DNA of 64,000 nt from an uncultured Phycisphaerales bacterium (GCA_963844715.1 CAWJPJ010000004.1:32001-96000), one strand, 5' to 3'. Counted from the stretch's first letter, positions 11,184 to 22,470 are shown. Numbers and translations are program-made. Notes: generated by a model not told the origin, from the letters alone.

Positions 11184-12022
11184 TTATGCCGCTACCTTTT
11201 TTTTCCCGACTTCGGCGACAGTGCCGCGCGAGAGAAGTTCGATGAGCAAGCCGCGCAGGGCGTCGGGGGTGAGTTTGCGGATGAGTTTTCCGCTTTCGGC
11301 GATGCTGATGTCGCCGGTTTCCTCCGACACGACAATGACGATGGCGTCGCTCTCCTGGCTCATGCCGACGGCGGCACGATGGCGGCTGCCCAGCTCGCGT
11401 TCCAATTCGCCGCTTTCGGCCAGGGGAAATTGCACGCCGGCGAAGGCGATGCGTCCCTGGCTGATCACCACGCCCAGATCGTGCAGCGGGCTGTTCGGCC
11501 AGAAGATCGTGTTGAGCAGATCGGCGGTGAGATCGGCGTTGACGCGCGTGGCGCTCTCGGCAAAGCCGACGAGGCCGACTTCGCGCTCGATGGCGATCAG
11601 GCCGCCGATTTTCGGCGCGAGAGGAAGGTGGCGGATTCGACGAGTTGCTCGATGTCTTCATTGATCTGCTGAGTCCAGCCCCGGAAAAGGCGGGTTTCAC
11701 CGAGGCGCATCAGGGCGCGGCGGAGTTCCGGCTGGAAGACGACCGCCAGGGCGAACGAGGCGAAGAGGAGAACCTTTTCGTAAAGAAAGATGATCGGGTC
11801 GAGCTTGAAGACTTTTCCGACCAGATTGATGATCAGATAGAACCCGATGAGTACGACGGCGATGCCCTTGAGCATGCGGACGCCGCGGGTGCCCTCGAGG
11901 AAGCGAATGATCCAAAAGACGACGGCTCCGATGAGGAGCAACTGGATCGCCACCTGCCACCAACTATACCCCGAAAGAGAGCGTAAGAATGTGGTGAAGT
12001 TGTTGTGTAGATCAGGGTTCAT
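11184..12022 (-). CDS. cdaA: Diadenylate cyclase CdaA/DacA (frameshift near 11605)
   Basis: Three TM helices and VVFQPELRRAL in 11597..12022; LGSRHRAAVGMSQESDAIVIVVSEETG in 11184..11471. Confidence 0.9.
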
Positions 12023-12101
12023 TCGCTAGCGAAACTCGATCCCGATGCGGTTTTCCCGCATGTTCTCATGGAACTATATAAACAAACCGGCAATCGGACC
12101 A

Positions 12102-12974
12102 TTACTCCTTGAGAAAATCCGGCGTTTTTCCGATGCAAATGGCGCGAATCGTTCGCAGGACCTGCGAGATCGGGCCAATATCGTGGACACGGACGACCGA
12201 AGCGCCGTTAGCGACCGAATAAGCGACAGCGGCGGCGGTGCCGAAAATCCGCCGCTGTGGGTCCGGTTCATTGAGAATCCGCCCGATAAACTTCTTTCTG
12301 CTGACTCCGACGACGAGCGGATGGCCGAGTGCCGCCAAGCGCGAGGTGTCGCGCAACAGTTGCAGGTCTTGCGGCGACGTTTTTGGCAAATCCGATTCCC
12401 GGATCGAGGAGAATGTGGCGCCGGGGAATTCCGGCTGCTACCGCCGCGTCCCGCCGCTCGATGAGGAACTGGGCAACTTCGGCGGTGACGTCCGCGTAAA
12501 CCGTGTCATTTTGCATAGTGGCGGGGGTTCCGCGCATATGCATCAGGATCATCGGCTGCGCCGGGCGGAAGTTAGCGGAAACATCTGTGCGTCAAACCGT
12601 CCGGCGGAAATGTCATTGACCACATCCGCGCCGGCATCGAGCGCGGCGGCGGCGGCGGAGGCGCTGGTTGTGTCGATCGAGATCAGTGTGGCCGAGCGTT
12701 TTCGAATCAGGCGGATGACGGGAATCGTGCGCCTGATCTGCTCATCGGCAGGGACGGGGAGCGCTCCGGGACGGGTCGACTCGCCGCCGACGTCGATCCA
12801 GTCCGCTCCTTCGGCGATGAGGGCGAGGGCGCGGTCGGCGGCGGCTTCGGGGATGGGGAATTGTCCCCCGTCGCTGAAACTATCGGGTGTAACGTTTATG
12901 ACGCCCATGAGGAGGGGCGCTCGGGCCATTTCGGCCGTTTGGGCAAGCCAATTGTTAAATTCCGCTAAATTCAC
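12102..12974 (-). CDS. folP: Dihydropteroate synthase (two frameshifts, near 12550 and 12385)
   Basis: MGVINVTPDSFSDGG, DVGGESTRPG, LMHMRGTP, LDPGIGFAK, VGVSRKKFIG and VRVHD spread over three ORFs. Confidence 0.93.
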
Positions 12975-13047
12975 GTTTTTTTTCGGCCGATAATGTTAAG
13001 GTTGTGTAAAGATCGGCTATAATCCCATAGTCTTTTGAAGGTTAAGG

Positions 13048-13230
13048 ATGTTTTCGGATCTGTTTCATCGGTTTATTTACTACAGCGCTGTCTTGACGGT
13101 GGTTGCGACGGTATGGGTTTCCGCCTGGTCGAAGGCGTTGATGGAAGAGGCGAATATCGGGACGTGGCCGCCCTTGCAGCCGCACCTGGAAATGGTCTCC
13201 CACAGCGCCGCCCCTGCGGTCATGCCGTGA
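13048..13230 (+). CDS. Small putative membrane protein (60 aa)
   Basis: One hydrophobic segment; TATAAT at ~13018 and an AGG-rich leader upstream; fills the gap between folP and the GNAT gene. Confidence 0.35.
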   Translation: MFSDLFHRFIYYSAVLTVVATVWVSAWSKALMEEANIGTWPPLQPHLEMVSHSAAPAVMP

Positions 13231-13275
13231 GCTAAACCAGGATTCCGCGCTACAGAGTTTCGACCCAAGACGCGG

Positions 13276-13725
13276 TTATTCGACCAGATTCTTCTCGAAC
13301 ACAACGAGGTTGTCGGCGTGGGTCGAATCCCATCGCAGCCCGACAATGTCATATCCCATTGAAATGGCGAAATGAATGAACTCGCGCTGGTGGTTCATAC
13401 ATTCGCAACGGACGTATTCGTAGCCGTGGTCCTTGGCCCATGCCTGCTGGGCTTCCTGGAGTTGGCGCCCCACGCCGTGCCGCCGAACCTCGGGCAAAAC
13501 CGCCCCCATCCAGTGGTAAAACATCCCGGGCTTGAGTTCAAACCCGATCCAGAACCCAACCGGCTTGTTGTCCATGCGTGCGATCAATGTCAGGGTGTTG
13601 TAACGCCCCATGAAGCGGCGTTTGAAAAAATCGACCTCCCGTTTGGGCCGGAAGATGGAGTTGTATAGCTCCACAGCCCGGGGGAGCATTTTTTCATCCG
13701 CGATGTCGATGTCAGCCTGAGCCAC
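13276..13725 (-). CDS. GNAT-family N-acetyltransferase
   Basis: Acetyl-CoA motif AVLPEVRRHGVGRQL; GTG start with AGGAGG RBS. Confidence 0.85.
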   Translation of the reverse strand: MAQADIDIADEKMLPRAVELYNSIFRPKREVDFFKRRFMGRYNTLTLIARMDNKPVGFWIGFELKPGMFYHWMGAVLPEVRRHGVGRQLQEAQQAWAKDHGYEYVRCECMNHQREFIHFAISMGYDIVGLRWDSTHADNLVVFEKNLVE

Positions 13726-13826
13726 GAACGCAAACCTCCTTGAGGAGATTGGTCACACGATTGGGTTGATTGTAACGCGGCCGACGCGGGAAGTCACACG
13801 CAGCGAAAAGGGGTGGTTTTTGATTG

Positions 13827-13941
13827 AACCGCCAAGGCGCCAAGATCGCCAAGTTAAATCCGCCAAGCAATCTCGAGAACTTATAATTCAATTCTTCTTT
13901 CTTGGCGTTTTGATCTTGGCGTTCTTGGCGCCTTGGCGGTT
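13827..13941. repeat. Inverted-repeat element built from CGCCAAG units (MITE/REP-like)
   Basis: AACCGCCAAGGCGCCAAGA (13827-13845) and its exact reverse complement (13923-13941), with further internal GCCAAG/CTTGGC copies; abuts the pgsA stop. Confidence 0.85.
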
Positions 13942-14612
13942 TAACCACTCTTCGATTTTAGACCGGCGAAGTAAAGGCGGATGGCGTGGCGGATGTAGAG
14001 GAGGCCGCTGATGACGGTGATGGCAAGTGTGGCCCAAATGCAGAAATCGCGGAAATGGCGGAAGTCGACTTCGCCGTCGGTGGTGAATCGATCGCGATAG
14101 TTGACGTAGAGAAGGATGACCAGGATGGTCGCGGATTGGAAGGCCATTTTGAGTTTTCCGGAGAATTGCGCGCCGAAGGCTTGGCCGCCGCTTTCGCTGG
14201 AGCCGCGGAGGCTGGTGACGAGCAGTTCTCGGGCGAGGATGACGACGACCATCCACGGGACGACGCCGGTGATGGTGGTGACGTTCGAGGGGGTCTCGCC
14301 GGGGTTCTGCCAGGGGATGGTGAAATTCTTGCCGGCGAAAAAGATGAAACTTCCCAAGACGAGAACTTTATCGACGAACGGATCGACGACACGGCCGAAG
14401 GCGCCCTCGGCTTTCCAGCGGCGGGCGAGATACCCGTCGAGAAAATCCGTAATCAGCGCGACGATGTAAATGAAAAAGGCGATGTTGAGCCAGACGACGT
14501 CGCCGTGGCGGCCCATGGGGCTTTCGTTTTGGTAATAGGAGAGCATGCCGAAGAAAACGAAGGCCAGCACAAGGCGCGAGGCGGTGAGTGCGTTGGGGAT
14601 ATGGCGGAACAT
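13941..14612 (-). CDS. pgsA: CDP-diacylglycerol--glycerol-3-phosphate 3-phosphatidyltransferase
   Basis: IPNALTASRL and the CDP-alcohol motif TDFLDGYLARR...FGRVVDPFVDK; RELLVTSLR, GKLKM. Confidence 0.9.
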   Translation of the reverse strand: MFRHIPNALTASRLVLAFVFFGMLSYYQNESPMGRHGDVVWLNIAFFIYIVALITDFLDGYLARRWKAEGAFGRVVDPFVDKVLVLGSFIFFAGKNFTIPWQNPGETPSNVTTITGVVPWMVVVILARELLVTSLRGSSESGGQAFGAQFSGKLKMAFQSATILVILLYVNYRDRFTTDGEVDFRHFRDFCIWATLAITVISGLLYIRHAIRLYFAGLKSKSG

Positions 14613-14669
14613 TTGCTGTGAAAATTGTAGAGACACTGAGCGGCGGGGCAAATGGGGGAACGTGACGAG

Positions 14670-16145
14670 TTATTTCGACTCGCGGCGGCGATAGACGAAA
14701 TAACGGCCTTCGCGGGTGACGAGGACGTATCCGTCGAGGACACGGTCGATGACTTCGCCGTCGAAAGTGCGGGGGAGCCTGAGGGCTTCGGGGCCGCCGA
14801 GGGGGGATAGGACGACGGCGCGGAATTCGCGCGCGGCCAGTGCATTCCAGAATTGCTTGCCGAGCGCGGGGTCGCGCTCGGTGAGGGCGCGGAACATGAA
14901 TGAGTCGCCGAGGTATGGGCGCTCGCCCGCCAGCAGGGGAAGTAGGGGGTCGTCGGAGAGCAGCGGGCCGGGACCCTGGTTCTGAACCATTGCCATGACC
15001 GCGGCCAGGTGCTCTTTGCGCGCTTCACGATCGATTTTGGAGACTTCTGTCAGGCAGGAAACAGCCGCGGCGAGCGAGAGCGCCACGGCGGCGGTGGCGA
15101 CGACCCAGCGCCCGGACGACTGGCGATGAAGCGCGACGGCGACGCATAGGACCGAGGCGAGTTGAAGATCGATGAGGTGATTGATGTCGGTGCCGGGGGA
15201 GGCGTAGATGGCGAGCGTGCCGAGAGTCGTCATGAGCAGAAGCAGGGCAGGCAGCGATTTGAACTGGCGGCCGACGGCGATTGTCGTGACGGCGAGCACG
15301 GCAAATCCAGCCGCGCCGGGGTCGAAGCGGCACAGCTCGCCGGAGAAGATAATCGGGGCCTGGAGAAGCGAGGCGGCGTCTCCGCCGCCGGCGGCGCAGG
15401 CGGAGATAACTCCGAACATGCGTCCTTGGCTGAGGAATTGAAACAGAAAGGCCAGCGCTAGAACGAAAAGAGCGTAGAAGAATCCCAATTGGACGGCGAC
15501 GCGGAATCGTCGTTGGGAGAGGAGCCAGAGAATCGAGGCGCTGATTCCGAAAAGGCTGGTGAGCTTCGTCGCCATTGCCAGGGCGAAGCAGGCGGCCGCA
15601 ATCAGGATCCACGAATGGCGGCGTTGCTCGGGTTCGATGCGGGTTACGGCGACGAGTCCCCAGAGGCTGAAGGCGGAGGCGAGGGGTTCGGACATACCGC
15701 CGAAGATTCCGATTCGCGCAGGCGGCGGAGAGGGTGAGGCAGGTCATTAAAGCCGCCATGGCGCGGGAAAGCCCGAAGCGGCGTATCAAGGCGTAACAAC
15801 CGGCGAGCATGAAAAGGGTCGAGACGGCGCTGACGATCATGGCGCTGCCGATCGTGCCGAGCGGCGTCCATTTCAGGATGGCGGCTTGAAAGAGGGTGCG
15901 CAGGGGGGCGTAGCGGGTGCCGCCGTAGCCGGAATCGGAGATCAGAGGCCGATAGAGGATGCCGTGCTCGGCGTCGAAGGCGTTTGCGGCCCAAGCGCCG
16001 ACGGTGGGATTAATGTCTCCATAATGGCGGAGGGAGGCGGCCTCCCGCAAGAAGCAGCAAGTTAACAGGACGAATGCAGCGCCGAACATGATCCCAAGCC
16101 CGACACGGCTATCTGAGGCGTGGCGGCGCGTGGGCGCGGATACAG
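14670..16145 (-). CDS. Polytopic membrane protein, ArnT/PMT (GT-C)-like; frameshift near 15710; start approximate
   Basis: N-terminus with GILYRP...GGTRYAPL and TM helices (ORF 15025..16353) joins LAMATKLT and many TM helices (ORF 14670..15695). Confidence 0.55.
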
Positions 16146-16419
16146 ATATCGGACTTTGATGTAGCGCGGTCACAATTAGAGGTATCGGCACGAAGCTGGA
16201 GCGAGAAAAGAGGCCTCCGCCTGTCCGAGCGAAAGCAAAATTATTTGCGTTTTGGTCCGAAGCCGGGCGAACGCGCATAATTTCGATCGGCCGTCGTTGT
16301 TTCGTGTGCCGGTGGTCGATATAATTCCCACAGGAATCACCCCCGTAGGGCATTTGCGATAATCCGTTCGCCGGTGCAGAACCACAGGGCCTCCTGGAAT
16401 CCGTTGTAAGGAGGCTATT

Positions 16420-17597
16420 ATGTCAGACCCAGCCCCAGAATCTGTAATTGCGAGCACTCCAGCCATGGCCGTCGCGGTCAGCGATGACGCGCCAAAGTGT
16501 AAATTCAACGGCAGCGATCGGTTCATCCGCGAGTTAAGGAAGCGCGTGGACGCCTATTTTGAGCGAACCGGGCATAGCCGCCGCGACTGCCCGCAGATGT
16601 ATTTCAAGACCGCAACGATTCTCGCCTGGTTCTTCGGGTCTTATTTGCTGCTGCTCTTCGTCGCCACGAGTTGGTGGACGGTGGTTCCGCTCACGGTGGT
16701 TTTGGGTTTGTCGATTGCCGCGATCGGGTTCAACATTCAGCATGATGGCGGGCACCGGGCCTATTCGAATCACCAGTGGGTCAACAAGATCATGGCCCTG
16801 TCACTGGACATGATGGGCGGCAGTTCCTACATGTGGGATTGGAAGCACAACGCGATCCATCACACGTATCCGAACGTCGATGGGCAGGACGACGATATCA
16901 ACCTTGGATTCCTGGGCGCCTTTCCCCGCAACAGCGGCGGCTTAAATTCCATCGCTATCAAGGGATTTACCTTTGGTTCCTGTATGGATTCCTGGCGATC
17001 AAGTGGCACCTGCTAGACGACTTTTATCAAGTCTCGATCGGGCGCATCGGCCAGCACAAGATTCCGCGGCCGAAGGGAAAAGACCTGGCGGTATTCATCA
17101 CCGGCAAGGTTGTGTTCACTTCCATGGCGTTTGTAATCCCGATGATGATGCATCGCTGGTGGGCGGTGCTATTTGTCTATGTCGGGGCGGCTTTCGTGAG
17201 CGGCGTCGTACTGAGCGTGGTATTCCAATTAGCTCATTGCGTCGGCGAGGCGAGTTTCCCGGTTCCGGTGCATGTTTCGGAAGGAACTGACCGAATTGAG
17301 ACAGATTGGGCCGTGCACCAGGTGCAGACCACGGTCGATTTCGCCAGAGGCAACCGGGTGCTTTGCTGGTTCCTTGGCGGGCTCAATTTCCAGATTGAGC
17401 ATCACCTGTTCCACAAGATTTGCCACATTCACTATCCGGCGCTGTCGAAGCTGGTTGAAGAGGCGTGCCACGATTTCGGCCTGCAATATGCCGAGCACAA
17501 GACGCTCGTATCGGCGATCGGGTCGCACTTTAGATGGCTGGTGGAGATGGGGCGGCCGGTTGCGATGGCGGATCAGCTTCCCGGGGCTGGGGCTTAA
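16420..17597 (+). CDS. Membrane fatty acid (acyl-CoA) desaturase; frameshift near 16920
   Basis: Three His boxes HDGGH, HNAIHH and QIEHH across two ORFs; AAGGAGG RBS. Confidence 0.9.
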
Positions 17598-17640
17598 CGG
17601 GGATATGCCATATGAGCGGCGACGCGCGTATTCTTGGCGA

Positions 17641-18210
17641 TTAACTCGCCGTCTTCCACTGCGTCGAGGCCAGATCAGCCAGGGCTTCAACGAGACTAAC
17701 GTGAGCGCCGTCCGGATCGTTGGCCGGCAGGGTTAGCTTCATTGCTTTGCGATTCCATCCCGTCATGTGTTTCACGAAATCGGGCGGATTGGTGGGGGTG
17801 TTCGCGTCCATCTGCTCGATGGTGAGCACTTCCTTGGGCGCGCTAGCCGGTGAATAATTTGAACCGGTCTTAACCAGCAGTTTCTTGCTTACCGCTTTGG
17901 ACAGGACATTGGGCAGATAAACGTTGATGAACCCGTCGGAGTTGTCCTCGAGGGCGAAGACCTGCATTCGATATTTTCCATCGGCGATAAAAAACCGGAC
18001 GACCTGCAAGCCGACGGTGGCGGCGATCGGCGCCAGCGCTCCGAGCTTTGCCATGAGGCGACGCCAGATTGTCCCATGCGCGGCATTGGGTTCCGCGTCG
18101 CAAACCGCCAGATGTTTCTCCATGTTGGCGCGATCGTGCGCGCCGGTCTGAGCCATTAAAGTCGTCAGCCGAGTCTCGATATCCATTTCTTGAGGCAATT
18201 TGACGGGCAT
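17641..18210 (-). CDS. Hypothetical protein
   Basis: Protein-like ORF (FFIADGKYRMQVFALED; MTGWNRKAMKLTLP) with GGAG RBS before ATG 18210; no family recognised. Confidence 0.6.
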   Translation of the reverse strand: MPVKLPQEMDIETRLTTLMAQTGAHDRANMEKHLAVCDAEPNAAHGTIWRRLMAKLGALAPIAATVGLQVVRFFIADGKYRMQVFALEDNSDGFINVYLPNVLSKAVSKKLLVKTGSNYSPASAPKEVLTIEQMDANTPTNPPDFVKHMTGWNRKAMKLTLPANDPDGAHVSLVEALADLASTQWKTAS

Positions 18211-18224
18211 GGAATCTCCGTAAG

Positions 18225-18273
18225 AAAAACACAATGCGATCGGCCGCCGGCGTCATGGCTGGCGGCCGATCGC
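18225..18273 (-). terminator. Probable intrinsic terminator of the RRM gene
   Basis: Stem GCGATCGGCCGCC...GGCGGCCGATCGC followed on the minus strand by TGTGTTTTT. Confidence 0.55.
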
Positions 18274-18310
18274 TGTGAATATCAAATCCGGCCGGGGGTT
18301 TCAGCGCCGA

Positions 18311-18670
18311 TTAGTATCGGCTGCGGCCGAAACCGCCACCACCGCCACCACTCTTGCCGCGTGCACCGCCGCCACCGCCGCGGCCACCGCCGCCGCCGCC
18401 GAATCCGCCACGGGGGCGTTCTTCGCGGGGCTTGGCTTCGTTGACGGTGAGGGCGCGGCCGCCGACTTCCTGGCCGTTGAGCGCGGCGATGGCGGCCTTG
18501 GCCTCATCTTCCGAGCCCATCTCGACAAATCCGAAGCCCTTGCTGCGACCGGTATCCCGATCCGCAATGACTTCGGCGCTCTGCACTTTGCCGTGCGGAG
18601 TAAACATCTGTTCCAATTCCGAACCTGTAACGTTGTAGCTCAGGTTCCCGACGTATAACTTGTTTCCCAT
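18311..18670 (-). CDS. RRM RNA-binding protein with Gly-rich tail
   Basis: RNP2 KLYVGNL, RNP1 KGFGFVEM, RALTVNEAKPRE and a Gly/Arg-rich tail. Confidence 0.95.
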   Translation of the reverse strand: MGNKLYVGNLSYNVTGSELEQMFTPHGKVQSAEVIADRDTGRSKGFGFVEMGSEDEAKAAIAALNGQEVGGRALTVNEAKPREERPRGGFGGGGGGRGGGGGARGKSGGGGGGFGRSRY

Positions 18671-19012
18671 GGACCTTTTCCTATTGGGGCTTTAGTGCGC
18701 CGACTGTTCATTTTCCGCGGCGCGAGAGAAATTAGGCCAAAACGGCCCGTTGGTAGGAAAGCGAGGGAGAGACAGGAACGGGAACTGAATCACTTACAGC
18801 GCTCGTACCGGGAGACTCGGTCGTCTACTTACCAGAGTAGCATTATAGCAGGGGGGAGGAGTTGAGTCTATGGGGGCCGGCGGGGCTTCAAAACGGGGCG
18901 CAAAGTTGCGCCAGCATCTTGAATTCCTGCTCAAGCTCTGCGAGCCCGTTTGCGAACGCGTCCGCGGGCATGGCCGGCCGCTTTTCGAGCGTCATGACGA
19001 AGACGGAACCGC

Positions 19013-19422
19013 CTAAAGTTTCTTCTGGGCGCCGGGGAACCACTCGGTATGGATGTCGCCTTCGCGCCGAAATACTGGACGCGCTTGCCGGTGATTTGGA
19101 CGAAGTAGCCGACGCATCCGGCGGCCAGGACCTGGCGGGTGAACTGCGGGTACATGATTTCACCGCGCTGCGCCTGCCGGACCGCGGCCTCGACGGCGGC
19201 GGGCGAGAATTCCTGGGCGATCGGCATCGGTTCGTGGTGCATCGGCACGACGATTGAGCCGCCGTGGGGGGCGTAGTAGGTGTTTTCCATTCGGCTGTAA
19301 TCGGCGTGGTATCGCTCGATGCCGGCCTTCATGAGGCGGCCGACGACCTCGCCGAAATGAATCTTTCCGGCGGCCGACAACTCGGCAACTTCCTTCGCAA
19401 CTTTCATCTGTTCGTCAGTCAT
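19013..19422 (-). CDS. DUF1398-family protein (frameshift near 19065)
   Basis: F.EVVGRLMKAGIERYHADY...AAGCVGYFV...RVQYFG; the -1 frame continues REGDIHTEWFPGAQKKL*. Confidence 0.8.
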
Positions 19423-19455
19423 GGCAGTCTCCTTCGAGTAAGAGGTTTGAAGCAG

Positions 19456-19911
19456 TCAACCAATTGGAACGTCGATCCATTCATGGCGGTTCACAATATC
19501 CCTGAGCAATCGGACGAGATCGGCTCGCGCCTCGCCCGGCAGATGTCCGAAGAACTCGTCATCGTTCTTGTCGGCCAGGCGGGCCAGGGCGGGAACCAGC
19601 TTTTCGCCCTTCGCGGTCAGCGAGACGCTCTGATATCGACGGTCGCCGCTGGAGGCGGTTCGTCGACCGAGGCCCTTGGCGCACAGGCGATCGACGAGCT
19701 TGGAGATCGCCCCGCGCGTCATACCCATTTGCTGGGCCAATTGGCTCGGGTTCGCCGGACCCATCGCGAACATCTGCCGCATGGCTGCCCACTCGGCTAC
19801 CGTGACGCCCCGCGCTTCCACCTTCGTCATGAACGCATGGGAGACGTGGTTCGAGACGAACCGCATCCAATAGCCGATGTGTTTCGTCAATTCGCTGATT
19901 TCCTTTTTCAT
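19456..19911 (-). CDS. MarR-family transcriptional regulator
   Basis: GVTVAEW, winged-HTH PSQLAQQMGMTRGAISKLVDRL and DRRYQSVSLTAKG. Confidence 0.92.
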   Translation of the reverse strand: MKKEISELTKHIGYWMRFVSNHVSHAFMTKVEARGVTVAEWAAMRQMFAMGPANPSQLAQQMGMTRGAISKLVDRLCAKGLGRRTASSGDRRYQSVSLTAKGEKLVPALARLADKNDDEFFGHLPGEARADLVRLLRDIVNRHEWIDVPIG

Positions 19912-20010
19912 CTGTGTTTTTCCTGTCACGATGTCGGTAGCTCGGATCCAGCACTCCGGCCGCACCTTCAAAACGACTTTCGGTGGTCCGCGGTGGGGAG
20001 GCGTTCAATT

Positions 20011-20052
20011 GATTTCCTAGAAAACTATATCGGTGTAATCGCCATGTGTCAA
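20011..20052 (-). promoter_or_regulatory. Sigma70 promoter with overlapping near-palindromic operator for marR-DUF1398
   Basis: Minus strand TTGACA-17 bp-TATAGT; near-palindrome GATTTCCTAGAAAACT overlaps and follows the -10 box. Confidence 0.6.
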
Positions 20053-20160
20053 CAAGAAAATTTTGTTGATTAGGGTGGTGGCAATGAATCCCGGAACGAA
20101 AGTGAAGGAGAGTGAGAAAGTAGGCCCGTTCCCGCGCCGGCTCGCCATTGGCCGCGGCGA

Positions 20161-20207
20161 ATGGAGCCAGCGGGGACTCTAATAGAACTCGCAATCAAGC
20201 TTTCGAG
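20161..20207. repeat. att-like direct repeat copy 1 (related to the tRNA-Ala 3' end)
   Basis: ATGGAGCCAGC...ATAGAACTCGCA...TTTCGAG, repeated at 21192; shares TGGAGC with the tRNA end at 22471. Confidence 0.55.
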
Positions 20208-20413
20208 TGCATTTCGCGGATTCCGCGGCAATTTGGCCGAAATCGTAGTTCACTATGCTGGTCTGAGAGCGACGGATACGCCCTCGGCGCTGATAACCGG
20301 CCTCGCCGTGGTGCCGGATTGACCTGCGTCGCCTTACTCGGATGCGCGGGGAATGCTGCCAGGCGGGAGAGCAACCGTCCCAGAGACATCGGTCGTCGAA
20401 TGAGCAAACCTTG

Positions 20414-20983
20414 CTAATACTTCAGCGGGGGCCCCACCACTTCCATCCCATGCGCCTCAAATAACCGCTTCAGCGCAGTCTGCTGTTTCTCGGGATTTCC
20501 CTTTCCCATCTTGCTCAGTTGAAGAAAAAATTTCTCCATGCTGCCGGCAGGTTGATAGAGCAACAGCATTTGGCCCTCGCCCTCGCTGATCATGGCGTAG
20601 GCGTGCGGAATCTTCCGTGGCGCAAATGCCGAATCTCCCGGATGTAAAGTGAAGGAAACGTCGCCGACCCGAACGATGAATTCGCCGCGGATCACATAAA
20701 ACCATTCGTCCTGGGAATGATGGCGATGCAAAGCAGGTCCGCCTTTTGACAATCGTATTGTATCGTAGACGCACAGTGCGCCATTGGTATCCCGCCCCGA
20801 AATCTTGAGATCTATTTGCCCGCCCATGATCAGCGGTTCTTGCGAATACCGGTTCTCTTGTGCCGGAACCAGGAAGCCTTCGCCGGCGCCCTCCCGACTC
20901 ACCTCCTCACCCTCCGCGATTCGATCAGTCGCGGCAGACGCCGCAGCTGTCGAAGGAAACTTCGGAAAGTTTCGCCGTTTCAT
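20414..20983 (-). CDS. Cupin-domain protein (quercetinase-like)
   Basis: GGPALHRHHSQDEWFYVIRGE and PRKIPHAY motifs; N-terminal KRRNF resembles a degenerate Tat motif. Confidence 0.85.
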   Translation of the reverse strand: MKRRNFPKFPSTAAASAATDRIAEGEEVSREGAGEGFLVPAQENRYSQEPLIMGGQIDLKISGRDTNGALCVYDTIRLSKGGPALHRHHSQDEWFYVIRGEFIVRVGDVSFTLHPGDSAFAPRKIPHAYAMISEGEGQMLLLYQPAGSMEKFFLQLSKMGKGNPEKQQTALKRLFEAHGMEVVGPPLKY

Positions 20984-21191
20984 AGAGGCTGGTTTGTATG
21001 CTGAAGGGACCGACTCCGCAAATCCCGCGAGGATTTTTCCACTTAGAAGGCGGTGCCTTGGGCGGCGGATCATGCCTTTAGCGGATCTCAGTTCACGCGA
21101 TTGCACAGTATTCAGCCGCGCTGATTTTCCGAATGAAAGTTTTCCATCGGACGATGCAATAAAGCGGGGGATGCTCCGCGCAGCAAGTCAA

Positions 21192-21236
21192 ATGGAGCCA
21201 GCAGGCCACCGATAGAACTCGCAGCCGCATTTCGAG
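21192..21236. repeat. att-like direct repeat copy 2
   Basis: ATGGAGCCAGC...ATAGAACTCGCA...TTTCGAG, matching 20161..20207. Confidence 0.55.
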
Positions 21237-21268
21237 ATGCCTCGGGACAGATGCCTCGGGACAGTCAC

Positions 21269-21405
21269 CTATTTCCGATTGTCTAATCCGTTGATGAGGC
21301 CGGAAAGCATTTTGGAAATCTCCTCAAGATCGCTCTTCAGGGCATCGTGATCAGCTTTTTGGATTAATCCGCGCCGTCCGCACCGGTCCAGAGGTGGAAT
21401 GCACA
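21269..21405 (-). pseudogene. C-terminal fragment of a four-helix-bundle (23S rRNA IVP-like) protein
   Basis: Manual translation CIPPLDRCGRRGLIQKADHDALKSDLEEISKMLSGLINGLDNRK* is clearly homologous to the end of 57827..58188. Confidence 0.7.
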
Positions 21406-21547
21406 TAGAAGCGTTCGCTCAGGTTTTCCGGGCATTTTCGTACACATCAAAACGCAGAACAATTTGGAAATTGGTGACTATGGATGACAACAATCCGAAC
21501 TACCAAACGTATCTTCTGCCCCCCGGAAAAATCAGTTCTTCCCCGGC

Positions 21548-22105
21548 TTGTGGCCAATAGGTCTCGCGATGGCATCGAGGGTGCCCTGGTTGGGTGACAG
21601 GTCCGTCACAGCCGCGATAATTTTTGTTTCCTTAGGCATGGCCAGTGTCGACCTTACCGGCTTATGGTTAACCGGAGAGAGGAGATATCTTGTCTGCGGC
21701 CTTGCCACCTTCTATCTGCTGCTCTGCGGCCAGTCGGCTTTAAATGGCGGATGGAAATACACTGTTCAGCACTATTCAATTATCCGCAAGCTCTTCGCCG
21801 TTCCCGCTGACGCACAAACACTGGATGTGTTCTTCAAACGCGCGATGGCTACCAAGAGACAACTGACTTATGCACTGCCGATTAGCGTTCTTGGGACAAT
21901 CATCTTCATTGTGATTTTCCGCAGTAATGGCCTTTCCTACGTTGTTGGCGCACCAGTCTGCTTTATTGTTTTTCTGGTCGTAGGAAACGGGCTCTACTTC
22001 GCAACCATAGCCCCCGGCATCACACAAGCGCTGTCATGTGCAAAACTGCAACTCGATTACATGAATCCCGCCGGCACCGTAGCAGTTGCAACCCTATCGC
22101 GAATG
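21548..22105 (+). pseudogene. Truncated, lower-GC membrane protein
   Basis: About four hydrophobic helices; protein-like character is lost near 22105, where the recombinase-like tail begins. Confidence 0.45.
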
Positions 22106-22470
22106 CGGGAGCATTCACCGCCGCAGAGTTCCGCAAACGCAAGGAGGAAACCCTCAACCGTAAGCGAAAACTCCTCGATGACCTGGCTGCCCTTGACCGG
22201 GACGACGTGCAGCGGTTCGAACCGCTAAAACGGTTCGTAACTAGCTCAAAGCAAATGAAATACGTCGCGGAAGTCGCCGACCCCAAAGAGCTACGAGCCA
22301 AACTTGAAGATGTCGGTTCCAACCTCACGGTTCGGGACCGGAAGCTCCACGTCGAGCCACGCGGAGCGTGGCAACTCGTTGTAGATCAAGGTTCTTTTGC
22401 CCAACCCAACGCCGCGACGGAAATTTCCGTCGCGGCGTTTGTTGGTGAAACTCGCCTTTATCCAACAGAG
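22100..22470 (+). pseudogene. C-terminal remnant of a large serine recombinase reading into the tRNA
   Basis: Coiled coil (EFRKRKEETLNRKRKL), then VGSNLTVRDRKL...W, running into the reverse-complement tRNA (WSDGESNP). This layout is typical of tRNA-targeting serine integrases; no catalytic domain is present. Confidence 0.55.
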
